Assembly (NCBI GenBank): GCA_019057795.1
Contig: JAHLWS010000030.1
Coordinates: 39,524-103,523, forward strand
DNA: 64,000 bases
Reading direction: 5' to 3'
Source of the DNA: Promethearchaeota archaeon
GTDB lineage: Archaea; Asgardarchaeota; Lokiarchaeia; Sigyniarchaeales; SOKP01
A program made the position numbers and the translations under genes. Shown one piece after another: positions 10,959 to 21,425 of this stretch. The notes beneath the pieces are model-generated. The model was given only the letters and a program-made list of their open reading frames with translations, did no database searches and had not been told where the DNA came from. Positions within the stretch are counted from its first letter, which is position 1. Every line of letters starts with the position of its first letter.

Positions 10959-11780
10959 ATGAGTATTAGTAATAAAATTTTAGATAATTTATCTCAAATT
11001 TTTGCAATCGCTGAAAAAGAAATTAAATTACAATTACGAGTAAAAACTAATTTAATTCTTAGTTATATAATGCCTTTATTAGGTTTAATTGTACCTTTCA
11101 TTGTAATGGGTCAGATTTTTACTCTTACAGAAGAATTTGGTCCTTGGAATTCTCAAAATTATATGGTATTCATGTTAACAATGTATCAGATTGCTCTTGT
11201 AAATAGGATGACTAACATATTTGCAGGCAATTTCCAAAGAGAAAAGGCATGGAAAACACTTTCAGGTCTTATAATTGCCCCTTTCCATCGATTTAATTTA
11301 TTATTTGGTGTTTTTTTATCACACTTAATATCTATATCAATCCCTTTTATTTTTTTTTTTATTGTATGTTACATATTATACCCAATATCGATTATAACTA
11401 TTCTTTCTGAATTAATACTTTTTTTGTTTCTAGCTTTAGTATTTAGCGGTGTTGGTCTTATAATTGGTGTATTTGCCATAAGTAAAGAAAGTGTTGTGAG
11501 AATCATTAATGTTTTTTTTAGTCTCGCTATTTGGTTTAGTTGCCTTGGGATGCCTTTTGAATTTTTTCCAGGTTATTTTAAAAATATAGTCGTTTATAAT
11601 CCTTTATTCTACTTATTTTCTATTATCAGATATGTTTGGATTGAAAATAACATTGTATTTTCTCTGATTACCCATGGCTTTAATTTTTTTTTATTAATAT
11701 CTTCTGGAATAGTTCTTCCAATTTTAGGTATTTTTTTCTTTGATTATATTTTTAAAAAGTATGGAATTGCAGGATATTAA
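10959..11780 (+). CDS. ABC-2 type transporter permease
   Basis: About six hydrophobic segments, REK..KTL..LIIAP, YNPL motif; directly upstream of the ATPase gene. Confidence 0.85.
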   Translation: MSISNKILDNLSQIFAIAEKEIKLQLRVKTNLILSYIMPLLGLIVPFIVMGQIFTLTEEFGPWNSQNYMVFMLTMYQIALVNRMTNIFAGNFQREKAWKTLSGLIIAPFHRFNLLFGVFLSHLISISIPFIFFFIVCYILYPISIITILSELILFLFLALVFSGVGLIIGVFAISKESVVRIINVFFSLAIWFSCLGMPFEFFPGYFKNIVVYNPLFYLFSIIRYVWIENNIVFSLITHGFNFFLLISSGIVLPILGIFFFDYIFKKYGIAGY

Positions 11781-11785
11781 ATAAT

Positions 11786-12703
11786 ATGACAAATAATATT
11801 ATAGAAACTTTTGATCTATCAAAGGAGTATAAATTAAGAAAAAAACAGACCTCAATACTAGCTTTAGATGGGGTAAATATAACCATTAAAGAGGGTGAAA
11901 TCTTTGGATTATTAGGGCCAAACGGTGCTGGAAAAACTACATTAGTTCAAATTCTAACAACTCTAATACAGCCTTCTAGTGGTTATGCCACAGTGAATGG
12001 ATTTAATATTTTAAAACGACCTCAAGAAGCGAAAGCGAATATTGCACTTATGTTAGGAAATCAAATGATATATTATAGAATGACTGGATACGATAATCTA
12101 AAATTTTTCTGTAAAATATACAAAGTGCCAAATTATAAAGAAAAGATTTACGAGATTGCTAAAGAATATGGTTTAGAAAATTGGCTTAAGCAATACGTGG
12201 AAAAATATTCGAGTGGAATGAAAATGAAATTAGCTCTTTGTAGAACATTTTTATTAAACCGTCCTATTCTAATTTTAGATGAACCCACTTTGGGATTAGA
12301 TGTAAAGTTGAAAAAGTATGTTGTAGATACGTTAAAAAAAGTAGATAGCACTATACTATTAACGAGTCACGATATGGGAGTAGTAGAAAAGCTATGCAAT
12401 CGTATAGCTTTTGTAAATAATGGAAAGATTATAAAAATTGGAACTAAGGACCAAATTAGTAATTTTATTAAATCAGAAATTAAAATAGATATTAAATTAA
12501 TAAATAATAGGAAAGAGTTAGGAAAAGTTTTGGAGGATCAAAACTATATTTCTAATGTTAAAGACATTAAAAAAGGTTTTCAAATCACCTTAAATGAAAG
12601 AAAAAGTTATAACAAGCTTCTTTCAATATTAAGTAAATATGAAATTCAAATGATAAATGAGCGCAAACTTTCTTTAGAAGATTTATTTCTTAACATTATT
12701 TAG
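11786..12703 (+). CDS. ABC transporter ATP-binding protein (DrrA/NodI-like)
   Basis: Walker A GPNGAGKTT, signature YSSGMK, Walker B ILDEPTLGLD, SHDM, C-terminal SLEDLF. Confidence 0.95.
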   Translation: MTNNIIETFDLSKEYKLRKKQTSILALDGVNITIKEGEIFGLLGPNGAGKTTLVQILTTLIQPSSGYATVNGFNILKRPQEAKANIALMLGNQMIYYRMTGYDNLKFFCKIYKVPNYKEKIYEIAKEYGLENWLKQYVEKYSSGMKMKLALCRTFLLNRPILILDEPTLGLDVKLKKYVVDTLKKVDSTILLTSHDMGVVEKLCNRIAFVNNGKIIKIGTKDQISNFIKSEIKIDIKLINNRKELGKVLEDQNYISNVKDIKKGFQITLNERKSYNKLLSILSKYEIQMINERKLSLEDLFLNII

Positions 12704-12759
12704 TTAATATATAAAATCTAAATTAACAATCTAAACAAATATAATAGATAAATTAAATA

Positions 12760-13722
12760 ATGACAAAAATCTTATTAAGCTTCTGTATTCCTACATATAA
12801 TCGTCCTAAAAGGATTGATTTATTTCTTCAGCAATTTACTTCCCTTGAAAGTGATGAAATTGAAATAGTTATTGGAGATGACAATCCAAATAGCAATAAA
12901 ACAGAGCAAATAATAGAGAAATATGATGATTCAAGAATAATTTATTTTAAAAACAACCTTAATTACGGATTGGATGCCAATATGTTAAAAATCATCCACA
13001 GAGCAAAAGGCGAATATGTTTTCTTAAATATGGACGATGATGATATAGCCTTCTCACAGGTTACATGGGTTTTAGGTATAATAAAGAAGTATGATAATAT
13101 TACACAGATTCGTGGATCTATTGGAAATAGAAGAATAAATGATGATGATGTTTATTATAAGTTTGATGATGTTATTTTGAAAAAAGGGACTGAGTCATTA
13201 TTAAAATTAGCTTTTTTATTTGCCCATGGATCAGGTATCATTCTGAAGAAAAATTCAATTGATTTAAATAAAGCAAAAAAAAGGGTTGGATCTTTATTCC
13301 TTCAAGAACATCTAATGACTCAAGCAATGCTGAAGGGAGAAACTTTATTGACATCAAAAAATTTAGCTTATGTAGGAGAAGTTATATACGATTCTGAACA
13401 TCCCGCTTTATTTAAAAAAAGAAAACACGCTCATCCAGTAGGCGGAGTTGCCATAACTAGATTTCGAATCCATACTATTTTAGATTTATTAGAAGGAGAG
13501 ATAAGAGAAAAATTGTTTAAAAAGGAAATTGAAAATCTTTACTTTTGGTTATTTAGAACTTTATTCAATCCGTTTAAGTACTTTGAATCAATAAAAGCAT
13601 TTCTTGAAGGAATAGTTATAGTATTAACAATTAAAAAAGTGCGAAGTTCACTAAGATTTTGGTTAATATTAATTCGAGAATTATTTTTTAAAATTGTTAA
13701 ATCACCGAGATTTAGAAGATGA
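12760..13722 (+). CDS. GT2 glycosyltransferase
   Basis: SFCIPTYNR, IGDDN, FLNMDDD. Confidence 0.88.
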   Translation: MTKILLSFCIPTYNRPKRIDLFLQQFTSLESDEIEIVIGDDNPNSNKTEQIIEKYDDSRIIYFKNNLNYGLDANMLKIIHRAKGEYVFLNMDDDDIAFSQVTWVLGIIKKYDNITQIRGSIGNRRINDDDVYYKFDDVILKKGTESLLKLAFLFAHGSGIILKKNSIDLNKAKKRVGSLFLQEHLMTQAMLKGETLLTSKNLAYVGEVIYDSEHPALFKKRKHAHPVGGVAITRFRIHTILDLLEGEIREKLFKKEIENLYFWLFRTLFNPFKYFESIKAFLEGIVIVLTIKKVRSSLRFWLILIRELFFKIVKSPRFRR

Positions 13723-13797
13723 TAATTTTAAATATTTCTATGAGTAAAATAATTAAAGCATACAATATTAAAACTTTTTAAAGCAATACAATCGTGT

Positions 13798-14838
13798 TTG
13801 ATTATGGATATACTCAATGATAAGATTATATTAATCACAGGGGGTTCTGGCACAATTGGAGAAAGATTGGTCATGCATATTCTTAAAAACAATTCTCCTA
13901 AGATGATTAGAATTTTCAGTCGAGATGAAACAAAACAATTATACTTAGAGAAGAAGTTAGAAGAATTTTCTGAAAAACTCAGATTTTTCATTGGAGATAT
14001 TAGAGATAAGGAAAGATTAAATAGAGCGATGGAAGATGTAAATATTGTTTTTCATTTAGCCGCATTAAAACATGTAGTTGCATGCGAATATAATCCATTT
14101 GAAGCAATAAAAACAAATGTTATTGGACTCCAAAATATGATTGAAATAAGTATTGAGAAGAATATTGAGAAATTTGTATTCACTAGCACAGATAAGGCAG
14201 CAACTCCTTCTAATACGATGGGAGTGACAAAACTCTTAGGAGAAAAATTAGTTTCAGCTGCAAACTATTATAAGGGTAATGCTCAAACAATATTTTATTC
14301 AGTTAGATTTGGAAATGTAATTGGGTCTAGAGGTTCTCTAATTCCATTAATTGAAAATCAGATAAAAAATGATTTGCCAATTACTATAACACACAAAGAT
14401 ATGACGAGATATATCATGATCACTGAAACAGCTCTTAAATTAATTCTCAAGACTTTAGATTTCGCACAAGGCGGTGAAATTTTTATCTTTAAGATGTATG
14501 CTGTTAGAATTATTGATTTAATTAAAGTTTTAGTCAAGAAGTTTTCTAAAAAATATAATAAAGTATGGGAGAAAGTTAAAATTAATGAAATTGGAATTTT
14601 TGCTGGAGAAAAATTATATGAGGAATTATTTTCAATTGAAGAATCAGAAAGAACTTATGAATTGAATAATTTATATATTATTTTTCCTCAAATAACAGAA
14701 ATTTATCAAGAAATTAACCTTGAATTATACCCAAATATTAAAAAATTTGATCCTATAAAACCTTTTAATTCGAAAGATGGCCCATTTTTGTCAGAGAAAG
14801 AAATTGAAGATTTTCTAATTAAAAATAAAATTATTTAA
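13798..14838 (+). CDS. UDP-GlcNAc 4,6-dehydratase family (Polysacc_synt_2; CapD/FnlA/PseB-like, Met-type triad)
   Basis: GGSGTIG, FSRDETKQ, AALKHV..CEYNPFEA, STDKA, NTMGVTK, VRFGNVIGSRGS, GEKLYEEL. Confidence 0.9.
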   Translation: MIMDILNDKIILITGGSGTIGERLVMHILKNNSPKMIRIFSRDETKQLYLEKKLEEFSEKLRFFIGDIRDKERLNRAMEDVNIVFHLAALKHVVACEYNPFEAIKTNVIGLQNMIEISIEKNIEKFVFTSTDKAATPSNTMGVTKLLGEKLVSAANYYKGNAQTIFYSVRFGNVIGSRGSLIPLIENQIKNDLPITITHKDMTRYIMITETALKLILKTLDFAQGGEIFIFKMYAVRIIDLIKVLVKKFSKKYNKVWEKVKINEIGIFAGEKLYEELFSIEESERTYELNNLYIIFPQITEIYQEINLELYPNIKKFDPIKPFNSKDGPFLSEKEIEDFLIKNKII

Positions 14839-14862
14839 GATTGTTTAATTTTTTTGATTAAA

Positions 14863-15861
14863 TTATTCAGATTTTTTATATCTTTTTTTTCCTCGATGAT
14901 GGATTATAGTATATCCCCCAAAATGTCTTTTAAATAGACTAATATCGATTTCTTTTTGGGATGGATGATTATAAGGTTGGTCAGAGAAATATTGATAACC
15001 TAATTCATAATATTTATATCTATTTTGCTTTAACCATTTGATCATATTCCATTGAATAGAATGAGAAATTGGGAGGTGTTCATAATCAGGATGGTTCGCA
15101 CTTACACCATAATAAGCTCCATCTTTATATAAAATTGCAAATATGCCACCAACAGGTTTTTTATCTAGGTATGCTAATATTATGGTAGCATTTCCTTTTA
15201 TTTTCCATTGATATTGTAAGGCCCAAGTTCTTTCCGATCTCGTCATTCTTCCAGCTGCTAATAAGTGAAGTTTTTTAAATTCCTTAAACAATTTATCATC
15301 TGTATTATAAGGAGAATCAACTACAAATTGAAACTGTTCCTCCCCTCGTTTTATTTCATTTCGATGGCTTTTTTTTATATTTCCCCAAAGAGTTTTATCA
15401 TCTATATCAAGAACAATAACTTGAGTATTTAATGAAATGTTTTCATATCCAAATTTCATTAAATAATTATATGTAAAAGGAGAAAGATGATTTTTGGCTA
15501 ATGTACTCAAATTCATTATGCATTCATCTATTCCGTATTCGGTTGCTATTGAATCAATTTTTGTAAAAATCTGTCCAATAACACTTTTAGAGAGCTTTTG
15601 TGATAAATGATTCCTTAAAGCTGGATTTGGACCAAAAGAGCCACTAAAAGAAAGTTTATTCTTTTCTCGAATTAAAGGACAAATTGCGACGATATCTTTA
15701 TTTCCATCTTCAATGTAAAAGGATAATAATTCAGAATCTTCTCCTGTATATTCTAATGTATAATCCATCCAATCTGAGGTATGCCAAAACCAGCATTCAT
15801 CTGATTCATAGCAAAATTTATTCCATCTGGGATCATCGAGAGTTAATTTTTTTATTTTCAT
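14863..15861 (-). CDS. FemAB-like / Acetyltransf_6 GNAT acyltransferase
   Basis: WFWHTSDW, LWGNIKKSHRNEIK, AYYGVSA, IQWNMIKWLK..YYELG, FKRHFGG. Confidence 0.78.
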   Translation of the reverse strand: MKIKKLTLDDPRWNKFCYESDECWFWHTSDWMDYTLEYTGEDSELLSFYIEDGNKDIVAICPLIREKNKLSFSGSFGPNPALRNHLSQKLSKSVIGQIFTKIDSIATEYGIDECIMNLSTLAKNHLSPFTYNYLMKFGYENISLNTQVIVLDIDDKTLWGNIKKSHRNEIKRGEEQFQFVVDSPYNTDDKLFKEFKKLHLLAAGRMTRSERTWALQYQWKIKGNATIILAYLDKKPVGGIFAILYKDGAYYGVSANHPDYEHLPISHSIQWNMIKWLKQNRYKYYELGYQYFSDQPYNHPSQKEIDISLFKRHFGGYTIIHHRGKKRYKKSE

Positions 15862-15967
15862 GAGTTTAAGGAATAAATTTTCATTAAGTATTAATAAAGG
15901 AATATTTAATTAAGAATAATATCATTTAATACTATTTTGTTTAACATTTACTTTACTTTATTTCTCG

Positions 15968-17428
15968 TTATTTAAGGTTATACTGCAGTAATGCTTTCCT
16001 TAATTCGTTTGCTGTTTCATCTGTTTTTTCTGCTATTTTAATTATAGGCCACATTTCTTCAGGTAATCTAACATAAAGTTCAAATGTTTTTTGAAGGCTC
16101 TCAACTTCTGATGGGGGCATTTTTGATAAAGAAAAAATTGAAACTTGTGAAACTGGAATTATCTTTCCGTTCTTATCATAAATATTTAAATTATACTTCA
16201 TACTTAATTCGGTAAGAGGATAAGGATATACAATATAATTGTTAGTAGAATCTACATTTAATTTTTTATTTAATCTAATAGTTTCAAAAACATTTTCTCT
16301 CGTTTCACTAGGAAGTCCTAACATATTAAAAGTAGATACTCTTATATCATGTTTTTTTAGCAATTCTATAGCTCTTATTATCATATCATTAGTCATATAC
16401 CGCTTCAGTTCTTCTTTACGAATATGTTCATTTCCTGATTCAATTCCAACAGATGCAGAAACTATACCCATCTCTTTTAATAATAAAATTTTTTCTTCAG
16501 TTACAGTTTCTGGACGTATCGAGCATCCAAAATTAATATTTAAGAGTTTTAAACCTTTAGCTAATTTTTTGAGATAATCAAGTTTGAATAATAATATTGA
16601 ATCATCAGCAAATTTAAACCAAGTAGCATTGAAATTCTCTTTCAATTCTTTTAATTGTTTAACCGTGGTTTCCGGAGATTGATATCGAAAATAGCGACCA
16701 CATTTTTTTAACTTCTCTCTTAAGGAATAATTAACACAATAAGTACAATTTTCAGGACAACCACGAGACATGATATAGAAGCTTCCATTATAAATCTTAC
16801 CCCTGTATGGTCGAAATAAATGGCGTTTATCAAATAAACCCCAATCAGGAGTGGGTAAATCATCCATATTAACAAATGGTCGAAGGTCATTAATCTTTAT
16901 TACACCATTCTCTTTATACCCCAGATTTTTTATACTTTTAAAATCCTTACCATTCTCTAATGCATCTAAAAGCTCAACTATTAACTCTTCCCCTTCTCCT
17001 ACACAAATAAAGTCAACAACTTCATGTTTTAAGGTTTCATAAGGAGAAATGGTAGGATGTACTCCACCAAAAATAGTTTTGCATGAGGGTTGATTTTTTT
17101 CAAGAAGTTCAATTATTCTGTCAAAATGTCCAGTCATTACAGATACTGCAAGGATGTCAGGTTTAAAAAGCATAATTTTTTGTTTAAATGCTTCTTCAAG
17201 AGTTATAAATGGGTCATCAGCTACTAAATCTTCTAAGGTATATTCTGTTGGAAGAAACTTACTTGATTCTTTTATTTCATCTTTATTCTGTTCCTTAGTC
17301 TTTATAAATGTAAAATCTAATACATCAACAATATGTCCATTTTGTTTTAGGATTGCTGAAAGTAGAGATATTCCAGTTGGGATCCCGATACTAAGATAAT
17401 CGTTTGGATGTATAAAAAGAACTCTCAT
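15968..17428 (-). CDS. Cobalamin-binding radical SAM protein
   Basis: N-terminal B12-binding region (GGVHPT, VGEGE), SRGCPENCTYC, GIESG, NMLGLPSET. Confidence 0.92.
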   Translation of the reverse strand: MRVLFIHPNDYLSIGIPTGISLLSAILKQNGHIVDVLDFTFIKTKEQNKDEIKESSKFLPTEYTLEDLVADDPFITLEEAFKQKIMLFKPDILAVSVMTGHFDRIIELLEKNQPSCKTIFGGVHPTISPYETLKHEVVDFICVGEGEELIVELLDALENGKDFKSIKNLGYKENGVIKINDLRPFVNMDDLPTPDWGLFDKRHLFRPYRGKIYNGSFYIMSRGCPENCTYCVNYSLREKLKKCGRYFRYQSPETTVKQLKELKENFNATWFKFADDSILLFKLDYLKKLAKGLKLLNINFGCSIRPETVTEEKILLLKEMGIVSASVGIESGNEHIRKEELKRYMTNDMIIRAIELLKKHDIRVSTFNMLGLPSETRENVFETIRLNKKLNVDSTNNYIVYPYPLTELSMKYNLNIYDKNGKIIPVSQVSIFSLSKMPPSEVESLQKTFELYVRLPEEMWPIIKIAEKTDETANELRKALLQYNLK

Positions 17429-17755
17429 AATTTTTATATATATTTATTCAATTAATAATCTTATTTTGACCATATTTTTTTAATGAATCTATGAAGAAAG
17501 AAATAATGTCAATATATTAACTATTAATTTTTCAATATTGTCTATTCTTTACTTTAAATAAATAAATATTAATTTTTGATAATATTATTTTTTATAATTT
17601 ACAATCGAATTCAAGGAAAATTAAAATTCTTAAATACTTTTTATAGTCCTATCCAAAGAAAATGAGTTAAAAGTTTATTTCAATAGAATATTATACGATA
17701 TATAAATATAAATCTTATAAGTTAAATCATCATAAATTTATACTTTAATTTAATC

Positions 17756-18700
17756 ATGGTATTTTTAGTTACAGGTGGAGCAGGGTTCATAGGAAGGTGG
17801 GTAGTTAAAAATCTATTATTAAAAGAAAAAGAAGTTGTCGTTTTAGATAATTTAAGCAATGCGAGAAAAGAGAACTTAGCAGAATTTAGTGATAATTCTA
17901 ATTTATTAGAATTAATAATTGATAATATTATCAATAAAAAAATAGTTGAAAGCTTATTTGAAAAATATAAATTTTCTGTATGCTTACATCTTGCTGCTCA
18001 AATTAATGTTCAGGAGAGTTTAGATTTTCCTGAAAAAGCTTTTGAAAATAATGTTATTGGTACTTATAATATTCTTGAATCTGCTAGAAAATATAACACA
18101 AAAGTTGTTCTTATAGGAACATGTATGGCCTATGATTTAGCAGATTCAAACATAGCTATCTCTGAAACACATCCAGTCAAACCAGCGTCTCCATATGCGG
18201 GGTCCAAAGTTGCTGCAGAAGAAATAGCTATGTCATATTATTATGGCCTAAATTTACCTGTTGTAATTCTTAGACCTTTTAATACCTACGGTCCCTTTCA
18301 AAAGATAAATATGGAAGGGGGTGTGGTTTCAATTTTTATTAGTCGTAAGCTAAAAAATGAAAAATTACTTATTTATGGGGATGGAACTCAAACGAGAGAT
18401 TTATTATATGTTGAGGACTGTGCGGATTTCATTGTAAAAGCTGCTGAAAATGAAAATTGTATAGGAGAAATCATCAATGGTGGAATTGGAAAAGACATTT
18501 CAATTAACGACTTAGCTTTAATGATAGTAGGTGATAGGAGTCGAATTGAGCATGTTAAGCATCATCATCCGCAAAGTGAAATAATGAAATTAGTGTGCGA
18601 TAACCGAAAAGCAAAGAAATTATTAAAATGGGAACCATCAACTTTTCTTCAAGAAGGGATCTCAAAATTAGAAAAGTGGATTAGAGAGAACGAGTGGTAA
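17756..18700 (+). CDS. NAD-dependent nucleotide-sugar epimerase/dehydratase (LegB/RmlB-like)
   Basis: GGAGFIG, HLAAQINVQES, SPYAGSK, RPFNTYGP, GDGTQTRD. Confidence 0.88.
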   Translation: MVFLVTGGAGFIGRWVVKNLLLKEKEVVVLDNLSNARKENLAEFSDNSNLLELIIDNIINKKIVESLFEKYKFSVCLHLAAQINVQESLDFPEKAFENNVIGTYNILESARKYNTKVVLIGTCMAYDLADSNIAISETHPVKPASPYAGSKVAAEEIAMSYYYGLNLPVVILRPFNTYGPFQKINMEGGVVSIFISRKLKNEKLLIYGDGTQTRDLLYVEDCADFIVKAAENENCIGEIINGGIGKDISINDLALMIVGDRSRIEHVKHHHPQSEIMKLVCDNRKAKKLLKWEPSTFLQEGISKLEKWIRENEW

Positions 18701-18705
18701 AATAA

Positions 18706-19899
18706 GTGGAAAAACCTGCAATTGAAGGAGGAAAAAGACTAAGGGAAGAATTTCTTCCGTATGGAACTCAGTGGCTTGATGAGAATGAAATTAATGAAGT
18801 AGTTGATTCTTTGAAATCAAGCTGGATTACAACTGGACCAAAAATGACCCAATTTGAAGAGGACTTTAAAAAATTTAAAGAAGCTAAATATGCAATCGCT
18901 GTGAATTCTGGAACTGCCGCTTTACATATTTCAACTTCAAGCATCGATATAAATCCGGGAGATGAAGTAATTACTACTCCACTAACATTTGTAGCATCAG
19001 CAAATTGTGTCGTTTATAGAGGGGGCACACCTGTCTTTGCTGACATTAAAAAAGATACTTATAATATAGACCCTAATGAAATTAAGAAAAAAATCACATC
19101 TAAAACAAAAGCAATTATTCCAGTTCATTTTACTGGTCAGCCATGTGATATGGATGAGATTTTGGAAATTGCTGAAGAACATGAGTTATATGTCATTGAA
19201 GATGCCGCTCACGCTATAGACGCAGAATACAAGGGAAGAAAAATTGGCACTCTTGGTGATTTAACGATATTCAGTTTTCATCCAGTAAAAAATATTACTA
19301 CTGCTGAGGGGGGAATGGTTACTACAAATGATGACGATTTTTACGAGAAATTGTTAATGTTTAGAACTCATGGAATATCAAAAGATGCCCAAAAGAGATT
19401 CGGAAAATCTGGAGGCTATTATTATGATATGCAATATTTAGGTTATAGATATAATTTAAGCGAACTTCATGCTGCGCTTGGGATTTGTCAATTAAAAAAA
19501 TTAAAATCGTTTCAAAAACGAAGAAGGGAAATCGTAGAGATATATAATAAAGAACTTCAAGATTTTGATGAAATTATTATCCCATATAAGAAAGATAATG
19601 TAAAACATTCATGGCATTTATATATTATCCAATTAGAAATTGAAAAATTAAGAGTAGACAGAGATTATATCTTTAAAGCTTTAAGAGAAGAGAATATAGG
19701 TGTAAATGTCCATTATATTCCTGTGCATTATCATTCCTACTATCAAAATAAATTTGGTTTAAAAAAAGGTATATTACCAAATGTGGAATGGTTGTTTCCA
19801 AGAATATTAACAATTCCTTTATTTCCAAAAATGACCAATGATGATGTGTATGATGTTATTAATGCATTGGATAAGGTTATTACATATTATAGAAAATAA
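18706..19899 (+). CDS. DegT/DnrJ/EryC1 sugar aminotransferase (PseC/SpsC-like)
   Basis: ITTGPK, NSGTAALH, EDAAHA, SFHPVKNITTAEGG, GVNVHYIP. Confidence 0.92.
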   Translation: MEKPAIEGGKRLREEFLPYGTQWLDENEINEVVDSLKSSWITTGPKMTQFEEDFKKFKEAKYAIAVNSGTAALHISTSSIDINPGDEVITTPLTFVASANCVVYRGGTPVFADIKKDTYNIDPNEIKKKITSKTKAIIPVHFTGQPCDMDEILEIAEEHELYVIEDAAHAIDAEYKGRKIGTLGDLTIFSFHPVKNITTAEGGMVTTNDDDFYEKLLMFRTHGISKDAQKRFGKSGGYYYDMQYLGYRYNLSELHAALGICQLKKLKSFQKRRREIVEIYNKELQDFDEIIIPYKKDNVKHSWHLYIIQLEIEKLRVDRDYIFKALREENIGVNVHYIPVHYHSYYQNKFGLKKGILPNVEWLFPRILTIPLFPKMTNDDVYDVINALDKVITYYRK

Positions 19900-19962
19900 A
19901 ATTTATTAAAAGAAATTAGATTACTATTTATAAAATTCAATTTAAAAAAAAATAATTTTAAG

Positions 19963-21411
19963 ATGAAGGTTTGCCTAATTAATCCACCCTTAAATATGGG
20001 TAGTAGAGCGTGGTATCCTATTGGAATCGGATATATCGCAGCTTATTTACTTAAAGATGGATTTGAAGTTGAAATCATCGATTGTATAGGAGATAATTTA
20101 TCCCGAGTAGAATTTAAAAAACGACTCGTTAATTGCAAAGCTGATGCGTATGGAATAGGGGGATTGATTATGGCGTTTAATAATGTTTTAGAAATTGCTA
20201 ATATGGTTAAAGAAACTTATCCAGATGCAATTATCTTTGCTGGAAACACAGTGGCATCTACAATCCCTGAGATATTGCTTTCTAATTCACCCATTCAAGT
20301 GGCGGTTATGTGGGAGGGGGAATATACAACAGTAAATCTAATGAATGCCTTAAAAGATGAAATATCTCTTAAAACTGTAAAGGGAATTATATTTAAAGAT
20401 AAAGACGGTAATATTATAAAAACACTAGAGCAAACAATTATTAAAGATTTGGATGAATTACCCTTTCCTGCATGGGATTTAATTCCAATGAAAAATTATA
20501 TGGAGAATATTAATTATAATTATCCCATTTCTTCAGTTCGAGGATGTCCCTATAATTGTACTTTTTGTTGTAAAACATTTCTTTTAAATAAAGTAAGAGC
20601 AAGATCTCCGCAACATATAATTAATGAAATAATTGAGGCAAAAAAGAGATTTAATATCAAAAAATTCTGTTTTTTTGATGATTTGTTTATCTATAATAGA
20701 AACAGAGTTATGGAATTTTGTGACTTAAAAATTAATACGCCTGAGATTAAAGAGATTCCATGGGAATGCTCTGCACGGGTTAATTTGATAACAGAAAAAA
20801 TGGTTAAAAAAATGGTTGAGGCAAAATGTGTTTGGATTGGATGTGGGTTTGAATCAGCTGATCAAGATGTTTTAAATTGCTACAATAAAGCAATTAAAGT
20901 AGATCAAATGCAAAATGCTATAAATATAATGAAAAAATACAATATTGAGGTATCTAAGGGGGGAACATTCATGATAGGTGCTCCAAATGAGACATTAAAG
21001 TCGATTAAAAAATCAGTGAAGTTTGCAAAGAAAAATAAGATTAAGTATTTACCTCATTTTACGACGCCTTATCCTGGAACAGCACTCTATAATTCGGCTA
21101 GGGAAAAAGGTTTAATCAAAGATGAATTAAAATTTGTAAAAAAAATTGCTAAGATTGGCAATACTAATTTTTTAACAATTAATTTAACAGAAGCTTTTAC
21201 AGACGAAGAATTAATTAGAATTAAAGAGAAAATGACATATTTGCCAACGGTTAAATTATATGTTTCTTTCTCTAGATTACTAAAAAGGATCCCATTCCTA
21301 ATCAAAAAAGCGATTTTAAAAGGTCCGCATCAAGCGTTGCTTTCCCTTAAAGGAATGTATCGATATAAACCAAATCTGAATCTTGAAAAATATTCTAATG
21401 AATGGTTTTAA
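19963..21411 (+). CDS. Cobalamin-binding radical SAM protein
   Basis: LINPP..YPIGIGYIAA, WEGE, VRGCPYNCTFC, GFESA, FMIGAPNET, PYPGT. Confidence 0.92.
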   Translation: MKVCLINPPLNMGSRAWYPIGIGYIAAYLLKDGFEVEIIDCIGDNLSRVEFKKRLVNCKADAYGIGGLIMAFNNVLEIANMVKETYPDAIIFAGNTVASTIPEILLSNSPIQVAVMWEGEYTTVNLMNALKDEISLKTVKGIIFKDKDGNIIKTLEQTIIKDLDELPFPAWDLIPMKNYMENINYNYPISSVRGCPYNCTFCCKTFLLNKVRARSPQHIINEIIEAKKRFNIKKFCFFDDLFIYNRNRVMEFCDLKINTPEIKEIPWECSARVNLITEKMVKKMVEAKCVWIGCGFESADQDVLNCYNKAIKVDQMQNAINIMKKYNIEVSKGGTFMIGAPNETLKSIKKSVKFAKKNKIKYLPHFTTPYPGTALYNSAREKGLIKDELKFVKKIAKIGNTNFLTINLTEAFTDEELIRIKEKMTYLPTVKLYVSFSRLLKRIPFLIKKAILKGPHQALLSLKGMYRYKPNLNLEKYSNEWF

Positions 21412-21425
21412 ATTTATATTGTCTT

